NCBI GenBank assembly: GCA_016210585.1
Contig: JACQTX010000044.1
Location: 1 to 47,546, forward strand
Length of the DNA stretch: 47,546 bases
Direction of reading: 5' to 3'
Source of the DNA: Chloroflexota bacterium
Lineage (GTDB): Bacteria; Chloroflexota; Dehalococcoidia; Dehalococcoidales; JAFGLR01
The notes under the pieces are model-generated. The model was not told the origin of the DNA, did not search any database, and worked only from the letters and a program-made list of their open reading frames with translations. The translations under genes and the position numbers were made by a program. Below, one piece after another: positions 9,112-16,720 of this stretch (positions are counted from its first letter, which is position 1; every line of letters starts with the position of its first letter).

Positions 9112-10258
9112 ACTGAAGGCACTGCGGGAGGTAGTGGTGGCGGGCATCGGCATTACCAGGTGGGGTGTCTATCCGGAGCAGGAGTGGTATGACCTGGGCA
9201 GTGAGGCCGTTCTTTTGGCCCTCAAGGATGCCGGCATGGAGTTCAGAGACATACAGGCCGCCTTCTGCGGCAGCTGCTACCAGGGGGTAGGCTCAGGGCA
9301 CCAGGCACTCGCCGAAATCGGCAAGACCGGCATACCAATTGTCAACGTGGAAAATGCTTGCTCCAGTGGCTCATCAGCCTTCCGGCTAGCCTATCAGCAG
9401 ATTGCCACAGAGCTTTACGATATCGTGCTCGCTGTGGGCTTCGAGAAGCAGCAACATAAGGGATTTATCCCCAGCACCGCCTTCCGGCCCTGGGAGAGAC
9501 TACTGGGCTATAATGTCCAGCCAGCCAACTATGCCAAAGGGGTCGTGCGGTATATGGAGGACTACGGCGCGACCATAGAGGACTTTTCCTTGGTCACCGT
9601 CAAAAACCGCCGGAATGCGACCATGAACCCGAACGCCAGGTTTCAGCAAGAAGTCACTCTGGAAGAGGTGATGAGCTCTCGCATGATTGCCAAACCGCTC
9701 CGTCTGCTGCACTGCTGCCCCCTGGCTGATGGCGCGGCCGCCGCCATTCTATGTAGCCGGGACAAGCTCAAAAACAAAGATAGGGCCGTAACTGTGGCCG
9801 CTTCGGTGCTAGCTTCCGGGGTATATGGCGAGCATGAGACAGCGGGGGGCAGCATCAAGTTCCCCCCGGCGGTGGGCATGGTAGAGCTTTCCGTCCGGCA
9901 GGCCTGGGAGCTATCCGGGTATGGGCATGAGGACATGGACGTAATCCAGGTATATGACGCCATGTCACCCGGCGAGCTGTGGGACATAGAGAAGCTTGGC
10001 TTCTGCCGTCCTGGGCAGGCCCCGCGTCTACTGAGGGAAGGGGTATTCGATATCGGCAGCAGACTTCCGGTGAACACCGACGGCGGCCTGATGGGGCGTG
10101 GCCACCCGATGGGTGCCACCGCCCTGGCGCAGATAATCGAAGTTGTCACCCAGCTAAGGGGCGAGGCCGGACCGAGGCAAGTCGCCGGTGCCAGGGTCGG
10201 CCTGGCCCACAGCATGGGTGCCGGGCCTAACTCAGTGGTCACCATCCTGAAAAGGTGA
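9095..10258 (+). CDS. thiolase-like protein (SCP-x / non-specific lipid-transfer type)
   Basis: GTG start 7 nt after GAAGGAGG. Active-site block NVENACSSGSSAF, plus C-terminal NTDGGL..GHPMGATA and HSMGAG blocks. Confidence 0.85.
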   Translation: MKSLGELKALREVVVAGIGITRWGVYPEQEWYDLGSEAVLLALKDAGMEFRDIQAAFCGSCYQGVGSGHQALAEIGKTGIPIVNVENACSSGSSAFRLAYQQIATELYDIVLAVGFEKQQHKGFIPSTAFRPWERLLGYNVQPANYAKGVVRYMEDYGATIEDFSLVTVKNRRNATMNPNARFQQEVTLEEVMSSRMIAKPLRLLHCCPLADGAAAAILCSRDKLKNKDRAVTVAASVLASGVYGEHETAGGSIKFPPAVGMVELSVRQAWELSGYGHEDMDVIQVYDAMSPGELWDIEKLGFCRPGQAPRLLREGVFDIGSRLPVNTDGGLMGRGHPMGATALAQIIEVVTQLRGEAGPRQVAGARVGLAHSMGAGPNSVVTILKR

Positions 10259-10408
10259 CCATCCACATTGCTGTCCAAAAAGGCTTTTCAAGAGAGCCTG
10301 GTTTGGATAGCGGGAAGTCTTGCCTATTGATATTCCAAGTGGAGATAGGGTAACAATAGGTAGAACTATTATTTGAAGCGTCTCAAGTGATTGCCTATGC
10401 ATCATAGT

Positions 10409-10601
10409 AAATCCGAAGCACGAAATCCGAAATCCCTTCGGCTTCGCTCAGAGCTTGCCCTGAGCAAGGCGAATGGGGCAGGCCTGAACAAATTCAAGGC
10501 ACTAACGTTCAAAATAAAGGTTTTTCATTCTTATTTTGGTAATTGGAATTTGTTTCGTGCTTCGATTCCTTAGACAAGCTCAGGACAAGATTCGGATTTC
10601 G
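10409..10601. repeat. composite inverted-repeat / MITE-like intergenic element
   Basis: The left arm aaatccgaagcacgaaatccgaaatc (10409-10434) is mirrored by tttcgtgcttcg (within 10545-10569) and gattcggatttcg (10589-10601). There is an inner GCTCAG/CTGAGC hairpin. It shares aacgttcaaa...ttggaatttg with 44385-44440. Confidence 0.5.
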
Positions 10602-10799
10602 ACTTTTTCAACCTTCTGAGTCTAAACTATTATGAGACCATTAATAATCTCTGAGATTCTTCGCCGCGGGGCTCATACTAAGCGAGCGAATGTGCTCTGG
10701 AAAATGGCAATTCGATTGGTATTGAGGATGACAAGCTATGAATCTGGTGCTTTAGCTTTCGCTGGCCACAGAGGATGACGTTTCGGGATAGTCTCCAGA

Positions 10800-11345
10800 C
10801 TAATTGCTTTGCTTCCAGCAATCGTGGAGAAAACGGGCGTTAATGGTGATGACCTTGTCGGCTACTATCCGCAGCTGCCGCGAGGTCTGCTCCTTACCAA
10901 ACAGGGCAACCTCCACGTGCTTGCCGCTATCCTTCACCGCCTGCAAGGCACCGACGTAGTCATTGTCGCCGGCCACCAGAATGACAGTGTCATAGTTGTC
11001 GCGAAAGCCGTGCACCAGCATGTCTGTCGCCAGTGAGATGTCAACACCCTTCTCATAGGGCGGCGAGTTAGGCCAGTTATTATAGACCAGGCGGCCCAGC
11101 CGCAGCTCAAAATAGGGGATTTTGGTGAGGCCATTGAAGAAGGCCTGCTGATCCTTGAAGCGCTGCGGCTCTTCCTTTCGGCCGACGATGGCATTGTAAT
11201 AGTAGATTCGCACCAGGCGGCGCCGTCCCAGCAGCTTCAGGCAGAACTTCCCGAAATCGAGGCTGGTCCGGCCGAAGTGCTTCTTCAGCGAATGGTACAC
11301 GTTGCTGCCGTCAATGAATATCATCAATCGCTCACTACTGGGCAC
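10800..11345 (-). CDS. NYN-domain (LabA/PIN-like) putative RNase
   Basis: MIFIDGSNVYH..., VILVAGDNDY and ALFG blocks typical of NYN/LabA proteins. The start is uncertain: GTG at 11345 or the ATG of MIFIDG at 11324. Confidence 0.7.
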   Translation of the reverse strand: MPSSERLMIFIDGSNVYHSLKKHFGRTSLDFGKFCLKLLGRRRLVRIYYYNAIVGRKEEPQRFKDQQAFFNGLTKIPYFELRLGRLVYNNWPNSPPYEKGVDISLATDMLVHGFRDNYDTVILVAGDNDYVGALQAVKDSGKHVEVALFGKEQTSRQLRIVADKVITINARFLHDCWKQSN

Positions 11346-11717
11346 TTTTCACCTGCCTTTCGCAATGAGACCACGTTGACACCTATTATAGCGTCTGCGG
11401 CAAGGAATAGCCAGTAGTCGGGCGACCTCGGGTCGACCGAGGTTCCCAGAGGTCCCTATTGTGGAATAGGTGTAATTGGAGTATGATAGAACGTCAGTGA
11501 AGCTGGGGAGTTCAGGGGGAGATAGAGCAGGAAGTTCGAGACGGCAAATATGTCCAGAGAGGACCTGCTGAAGGACAATATCTGGATGGACAGGAAGATT
11601 GATCCGGTCCGGGCGGTGGGACACATGGACATCGCCCTTTACTGCCGGACCACCGATGTTTTTGAGCTTGCCATATCACAAATTTGAGAAATTGGCCATG
11701 AATTTGCGTTTACCCTA

Positions 11718-11746
11718 TTGACATTCGTCCCAGAATAGCTTATCTT
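11718..11746 (+). promoter_or_regulatory. sigma70-type promoter candidate
   Basis: TTGACA (11718-11723), 17-nt spacer, TATCTT (11741-11746). It lies 32 nt upstream of the ATG at 11778. Confidence 0.4.
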
Positions 11747-11777
11747 GATAGTCAAACTAAAGAAAAAGGAGGTGTGA

Positions 11778-11918
11778 ATGCAGGGCTATTGTATGAAGTG
11801 CCGGACCAAGAGGGAAATGAATAACGCCAAAGCCATCACCATGAAGAATGGCAAGCCGGCTACCCAGGGCGTTTGTCCTACTTGCGGCACCAAGATGTTC
11901 CGAATCGGCAAGAGCTAG
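11778..11918 (+). CDS. small Zn-ribbon protein (DUF5679-like), 46 aa
   Basis: Not in the ORF track because it is under 60 aa. Sequence MQGYCMKCRTKREMNNAKAITMKNGKPATQGVCPTCGTKMFRIGKS, with CxxC...CxxC. An AAGGAGG RBS lies 7 nt upstream, a promoter upstream and a strong terminator downstream. Confidence 0.65.
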   Translation: MQGYCMKCRTKREMNNAKAITMKNGKPATQGVCPTCGTKMFRIGKS

Positions 11919-11940
11919 GTAGCTGTTAGTAATATTAGAA

Positions 11941-11982
11941 AGGCAGGGCAGCCTTCACTGGAAGGCTGCCCTGCCTTTTTCT
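11941..11982 (+). terminator. rho-independent terminator
   Basis: Perfect 16-bp stem aggcagggcagccttc / gaaggctgccctgcct with loop ACTG, followed by TTTTCT. Confidence 0.85.
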
Positions 11983-12047
11983 GGCATCAAATCGCGCTTT
12001 TTTGCTAAAATGGAGGTAGTCCGCTCTATATTCTTGAGTGACTAGCG

Positions 12048-12635
12048 ATGAAAATCGGTGTTTTGGCATTACAGGGCGCTTTCATTGAGCATGTAGCTGT
12101 GCTGCGAAGGCTTAATATCGAGGCACGGGAGATCAGGCTGCCGGCGGAGCTGGCGGAAATGGACGGCCTGATTATTCCCGGCGGGGAAAGCACCACCATG
12201 CTGAACCTGATGCAGAGCTACAGCTTTGTCCCGGCCCTCCAGGAGCAGATCCGGAGTGGTTTCCCGGTGCTGGGCACCTGCGCCGGCATGATTTGCCTGG
12301 CCAAGAGGGTGTCTAGCTTGACCAATGATATGAAGACCCTGGCAGCCATGGACATGGAGGTCAGCCGCAATGCCTTTGGCCGCCAGGTGGACAGCTTTGA
12401 GGCGGAGCTGGCTGTGCCTGCCCTCGGCGAGCCGCCTTTCAAAGCGGTTTTCATTCGGGCGCCTCTCATCAAGGAGGTCGGGCCTGGGGTGGACGTTCTG
12501 ACCCGGCTGCCCGATGGCACACCGGTGGCTGCCCGCCAGGGCAACCTACTGGCAACTGCCTTCCACCCTGAGCTGACCGGTGACCTCAGGTTCCACGAAT
12601 ATTTCGTGAAAATAGTGGCCGCTCGTCAATCATAG
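12048..12635 (+). CDS. pdxT: pyridoxal 5'-phosphate synthase glutaminase subunit PdxT
   Basis: MKIGVLALQGAF.EH, LIIPGGESTTM, GTCAGMI and FHPELT blocks. 195 aa, the expected size. Confidence 0.9.
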   Translation: MKIGVLALQGAFIEHVAVLRRLNIEAREIRLPAELAEMDGLIIPGGESTTMLNLMQSYSFVPALQEQIRSGFPVLGTCAGMICLAKRVSSLTNDMKTLAAMDMEVSRNAFGRQVDSFEAELAVPALGEPPFKAVFIRAPLIKEVGPGVDVLTRLPDGTPVAARQGNLLATAFHPELTGDLRFHEYFVKIVAARQS

Positions 12636-12745
12636 CTGTATGTCTTTCTCCGCTCTGTCGAAAGAGATTGAGAGCAATACAGCGAAAATATGGGTGTGAT
12701 TGTCCTCCAATCGCCTTGAGTGTTTCTTCTTGCTGCTAGTTCCCT

Positions 12746-12774
12746 TTGACAGTCTCCGGGAATTGCTCTACCAT
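12746..12774 (+). promoter_or_regulatory. promoter candidate overlapping a near-NrpR-operator half-palindrome
   Basis: TTGACA (12746-12751), 17-nt spacer, TACCAT (12769-12774). GGAA-N6-TACC (12759-12772) is one mismatch from the methanogen NrpR operator consensus GGAA-N6-TTCC. Confidence 0.3.
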
Positions 12775-12818
12775 AAGGCAGGCGGCAAACGGTTTCCTAC
12801 TGCCACCCGGAAGACAGA

Positions 12819-13811
12819 ATGGCTTTTCAGACGCAGGATGTCCGGCGAAAGACCTTCGCCATTCTTAAGATTCTGAGCGATTCGCCGGAAGCTATAGGGG
12901 CACGGCTCATCGCCCGCCGCCTGAAGGAGCATGGCATAGCTCTCGGCGAGAGGGCAGTCCGTTACCACCTGAAGCTGCTTGACGCGCGTGGCCTGACCCA
13001 ATTAGTAGGAAAAGATGGTCGGCAGATTACCGAGCGCGGCGTAGAGGAACTGGGGAATGCTCTGGTCCGGGAGAAGGTTGGCCTCGCTATCTCCAGAATT
13101 GAGTTGCTGGCTTTTCGCACTACCTTTGACTGGGAGAAACGCTCCGGCAATGTCCCGGTAAACGTTGCCTTCTTTCCCAAGGAACGTTTCGGCAGGGCTG
13201 TGCGGGAAATGAGACCGGTCTTTGAAGCCGGTCTCTGCGTAAGTGACCTGGTGGGTGTTGTCCGTGAGGGTGAGCTTATCGGGGACTATATTGTGCCCCG
13301 CGGACGGATTGGCCTGGTAACTGTCTGTAGTGTGTTGATAAACGGGGTTTTGCTTAAGGCCGGTGTGCCGGTGGACTCGAAATTTGGCGGCATTCTGCAA
13401 ATAAGCGAGGGGAAACCGTTGCGTTTCGTGGAGCTTATCCACTATGCCGGGTCATCCCTGGACCCATCGGAGGTTTTTATCCGGTCACGGATGACCTCGG
13501 TGATGGATGTGGTGGAACAGGGGGAAGGCAATATCCTGGCTAATTACCGGGAGATACCGGCAGCCTGCCGGACGCTGGCGGAGGAGGTAATCGCCAGGCT
13601 GAAGATAGCCGGCATAGGCGGTGTGTTGGTGATGGGCAATACCAGCGAGCCGGTCTGTGAAATACCTGTGGAGCTTGACCGGATTGGCCTTGTGCTGGGT
13701 AGCGGTCTAAACCCGGTGGCCGCCGCCGGCGAAACCGGGCTGGAAGCGGAAAGCCATGCGATGACAGCGGTCATGGACTATGGGAAGCTAACAAAATTCG
13801 GGGAGCTATAG
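12819..13811 (+). CDS. NrpR-like transcriptional regulator (winged HTH + one DUF128/NrpR domain)
   Basis: 330 aa. The N-terminal wHTH (ILKILSDSPEAIGARLIARRLKEHGIALGERAVRYHLKLLD) is followed by an NrpR-type domain (ISRIELLAFRTTFD..., VCSVLINGVLLKAGVP). Confidence 0.65.
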   Translation: MAFQTQDVRRKTFAILKILSDSPEAIGARLIARRLKEHGIALGERAVRYHLKLLDARGLTQLVGKDGRQITERGVEELGNALVREKVGLAISRIELLAFRTTFDWEKRSGNVPVNVAFFPKERFGRAVREMRPVFEAGLCVSDLVGVVREGELIGDYIVPRGRIGLVTVCSVLINGVLLKAGVPVDSKFGGILQISEGKPLRFVELIHYAGSSLDPSEVFIRSRMTSVMDVVEQGEGNILANYREIPAACRTLAEEVIARLKIAGIGGVLVMGNTSEPVCEIPVELDRIGLVLGSGLNPVAAAGETGLEAESHAMTAVMDYGKLTKFGEL

Positions 13812-13813
13812 AG

Positions 13814-14584
13814 ATGAAAGAGGTAAAGGTCATACCCTGCCTGGACATAAGGGAGGGACGGGTAGTGAAAGGCGTGAAGTTCGTCAACCTGAGGGATGCC
13901 CGTGACCCGGTAGAGGCGGCGGAAGCCTACTGCCGCGCGGGTGCCGATGAGCTGGCCTTCCTGGACATCTTCGCCACGGTCGAGAATCGTAAGACGAGGT
14001 TGGAATGGGTCCGCCGAGTCGCGGAAGTCGTCAGTGTCCCCTTCACCGTGGGCGGTGGCATTGCCAGCATCCAGGACATGGACGCCCTGATAGACCTCGG
14101 CGTGGACAAGGTCTCCATAAACACTGCCGCCGTAAAGAACCCGGGTCTCATCCAAGAGGCCGCCCGAGAGTTCGGCAGCGAAAAGATTGTGGTGGCCATA
14201 GACGGACGTAAGAACCCCCTGTCCAGCAATGCCCCGCACCTTGAGGTGGTCATCAAGAGCGGCACGGAGCCGACGGGCATGCATATTTCGGAATGGGCCA
14301 AGCGGGTGGAAGACCTGGGTGCCGGCGAGATCCTGCTTACCAGCAAAGATGCTGACGGCACCAAAGAGGGCTATGACCTGGAGATGACGCGGGAGGCGGC
14401 GCGGGTCGTCAGCATACCGGTGACGGCTTCCGGTGGCGCCGGCAAGCTGGAGCATTTCTATGACGCGGTAATCATCGGGAAGGCATCGGCCGTCCTGGCG
14501 GCTTCTGTTTTTCACTTTGGCGAGATAGCCATACCGGATGTGAAGAGATACCTGAAAGAAAGAGGCATTCCAGTCAAAAGGTAG
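13814..14584 (+). CDS. hisF: imidazole glycerol phosphate synthase cyclase subunit HisF
   Basis: Near-consensus HisF blocks: VIPCLDI..GRVVKGVKF, GADELAFLDI, PFTVGGGI, GVDKVSINTAAV, GAGEILLTSKDADGTKEGYDL, VTASGGAG and AASVFHFGE. Confidence 0.92.
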   Translation: MKEVKVIPCLDIREGRVVKGVKFVNLRDARDPVEAAEAYCRAGADELAFLDIFATVENRKTRLEWVRRVAEVVSVPFTVGGGIASIQDMDALIDLGVDKVSINTAAVKNPGLIQEAAREFGSEKIVVAIDGRKNPLSSNAPHLEVVIKSGTEPTGMHISEWAKRVEDLGAGEILLTSKDADGTKEGYDLEMTREAARVVSIPVTASGGAGKLEHFYDAVIIGKASAVLAASVFHFGEIAIPDVKRYLKERGIPVKR

Positions 14585-14618
14585 GCTGCTGAAATAGTAA
14601 GAACAAAGGAGGTTTCTG

Positions 14619-16190
14619 ATGACATTAAGCAAGCCGAACTATAGTGCCGCCACGGTAACAACAACGCGGGTGGCGCCGGCACCCATCTCAGGGATATGCG
14701 TTACCTGTGTTGACGGCTGCCCGGGCTACTGCGAGGTGGGGCGGTCAGCACTGCGGGGGAGGGAGGTCATCTATCCCAAGCCCTTTGGCAAGGTGATAGC
14801 CGGCTCGGAGAAGGACTACCCGGTTGATTTCTCCCACTTCAATATCCAGGGCACCTGTGTTGGGGCCGTAGGCGTGGCTGCCGACCCGGACAAAGCAGTC
14901 TTTCATGCCGTTGACCTGTCCGTGGAAATCGGTGGTGAGAAAAACAAGATAAAGATGAAGGTGCCCTTCTTCACCGGGGCCCTCGGCTCGACGGAGATAG
15001 CCCGGGTGAACTGGGAGGGCACGGCGGTGGCCGTGGCCATGTGCGGCGCCGTGCTTGTCTGCGGCGAGAACGTCTGCGGCATGGACCCTGAAGCTACCAT
15101 CAAGAATGGCAAGATAGTGGACTCCCCGGAGCTCGCCCGGCGGGTGAAGACATACAAGGATTGGTATAACGGGTATGGCGCCATGCTGGTCCAGGCCAAT
15201 GTAGAGGATACCCGCCTCGGTGTGCCGGAGTATGCCGTGCAATCCCTGGGCGTGGAGGGCATCGAGATAAAGTGGGGGCAGGGCGCCAAGGACATCGGTG
15301 GTGAAGTTAAGCTGCCCACGCTGCAGCGGGCACTCCAGCTCAAACAGCGGGGCTATATTGTCATCCCGGACCCGGAGAACCCCTTTGTGCAGGAGTCCCA
15401 TAAGCTCGGCGGCATAACGGAGTTCGAGCGGCACTCCCGCCTGGGCATGGTGGACGAGGAGTCCTTCCTCAAGGAAGTCGAGCGGTTCCGGAAAATCGGC
15501 GCCAAGTATGTCACGCTCAAGACCGGTGCCTATAAAGCGTCTGACCTGGCCCGCGCCGTAAAGTATGCTTCGGAGGCCAAGATTGACCTGCTGACGGTTG
15601 ATGGTGCTGGCGGTGGCACAGGGATGAGCCCCTGGCGGATGATGAACGAGTGGGGTATTCCCACCGTATACCTGGAGAGTATGCTTTATAAATTCCTCAA
15701 GCGCCTGGACGAAAAGGGCGAATATGTGCCTAGCTGTGCTATTGCCGGTGGTGTCTCCCTCGAGGACCACGTCTTCAAGGCTTTAGCCCTGGGTGCACCA
15801 TACGTGAAGGCTATCTGTATGGGCCGGGCTACCCTGACGGCAGCTATGGTCGGCAAGACGCATGGCCAGCTCATGGCGGAGAGCTTCGGTGACGGGGGTA
15901 GCAAGGAATACCAGGAAGCCCTGCTGCGCACCTTCGCGGGCGCGGCCCAGCTGAAGGAGAAGTTCGGCGAGGACTTCACCCGGATTCCACCGGCAGCTAT
16001 CGGCATCTATACTTACTATGACAGGCTCGCCACCGGCCTGCGGCAGATGATGGCCGGCGAGCGCAAGTTCGCCCTGCAATATCTGGAAAGAAGCGACCTG
16101 ATGTCATTGACCCGTGAAGCGGCGGACGTCTCCGGTATCCCCTACGTCATGGAGGCGGACATGGCAGCCGCGGAGAAGATTCTGGGCTAG
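14619..16190 (+). CDS. FMN-dependent glutamate-synthase (GltB central domain)-like oxidoreductase with N-terminal Cys cluster
   Basis: 523 aa with a strong RBS (AAGGAGG). It has an N-terminal CVTCVDGCPGYC motif and Glu_synthase-type blocks (IEIKWGQGAKDIGGE, LLTVDGAGGGTGMSP, IAGGVS). Confidence 0.75.
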   Translation: MTLSKPNYSAATVTTTRVAPAPISGICVTCVDGCPGYCEVGRSALRGREVIYPKPFGKVIAGSEKDYPVDFSHFNIQGTCVGAVGVAADPDKAVFHAVDLSVEIGGEKNKIKMKVPFFTGALGSTEIARVNWEGTAVAVAMCGAVLVCGENVCGMDPEATIKNGKIVDSPELARRVKTYKDWYNGYGAMLVQANVEDTRLGVPEYAVQSLGVEGIEIKWGQGAKDIGGEVKLPTLQRALQLKQRGYIVIPDPENPFVQESHKLGGITEFERHSRLGMVDEESFLKEVERFRKIGAKYVTLKTGAYKASDLARAVKYASEAKIDLLTVDGAGGGTGMSPWRMMNEWGIPTVYLESMLYKFLKRLDEKGEYVPSCAIAGGVSLEDHVFKALALGAPYVKAICMGRATLTAAMVGKTHGQLMAESFGDGGSKEYQEALLRTFAGAAQLKEKFGEDFTRIPPAAIGIYTYYDRLATGLRQMMAGERKFALQYLERSDLMSLTREAADVSGIPYVMEADMAAAEKILG

Positions 16191-16201
16191 AGGAGATAGA
16201 G

Positions 16202-16411
16202 ATGCTGAAGACAGTTTGTATCAAACACTGCGCGGACCCCTTCTGCGCGGTAGCTTGCCCTTCCGGAGCACTGATAGTCACGGAAGACGAGATCAAGGTG
16301 GACTCTGACAAGTGCCACGGCTGCGGCATCTGCCGCCTGGTATGTATGACCTGGAGTCGTGACCATGTGATGCGGACAAAGAGCCGCTTCTGGCTGGCCG
16401 GGCGGCTGTAG
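16202..16411 (+). CDS. small 4Fe-4S ferredoxin-domain protein
   Basis: 69 aa with a GAGGAG RBS. It has CAVACPSGA and CHGCGICRLVC motifs. It starts 12 nt after the previous stop. Confidence 0.65.
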   Translation: MLKTVCIKHCADPFCAVACPSGALIVTEDEIKVDSDKCHGCGICRLVCMTWSRDHVMRTKSRFWLAGRL

Positions 16412-16441
16412 TCGAATATCTAGCAGGACGTTAAGCGCGCA

Positions 16442-16488
16442 GTGCGAAGCAGGGACGGGCTTCCGTCCCTGCTTCGCACTTGCTATTT
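16442..16488 (+). terminator. rho-independent terminator candidate
   Basis: Perfect 17-bp stem gtgcgaagcagggacgg / ccgtccctgcttcgcac (16442-16458 / 16463-16479) with loop GCTT, followed by TTGCTATTT. Confidence 0.7.
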
Positions 16489-16671
16489 CAACGGGGGTAG
16501 AGTAGCTCACAAAGCGTTTAGGGCAAACGTTTTGTGTAGGAGCCTGACTCGCGCGTGACTCCATGGTCACGATTGCTCCTTAATCCGTGGATTTGCATTC
16601 AAAATCACTTACTTTGCGAGTTCCAACGACAAACCACACCCAAATGCATAAGAACCATTGCTCGGCAGCTA

Positions 16672-16700
16672 TTGACATTGACTGTCGCTTGATGCATATT
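16672..16700 (+). promoter_or_regulatory. sigma70-type promoter candidate for the histidine kinase gene
   Basis: TTGACA (16672-16677), 17-nt spacer ending in TG, CATATT (16695-16700). The ATG lies at 16721. Confidence 0.35.
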
Positions 16701-16720
16701 AGGAGCATTGGAGAGCCTAA

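Noticed and set aside
10391-10573. Short ORFs over other repeat elements (10391..10573, 34221..34466, 34307..34492, 44324..44521, 46956..47201, 47150..47338, 16187..16570).
   Set aside because: They coincide with dispersed repeats or hairpins, lack RBSs and have repeat-derived peptide strings.
11349-11624. 91-aa ORF ending 4 nt before the NYN gene, possibly a small HTH partner.
   Set aside because: Only the last 25 or so residues look vaguely HTH-like and the rest is implausible as protein. A perfect TATAAT for the NYN gene lies inside it. It is kept as a note in the findings but not called as a feature.
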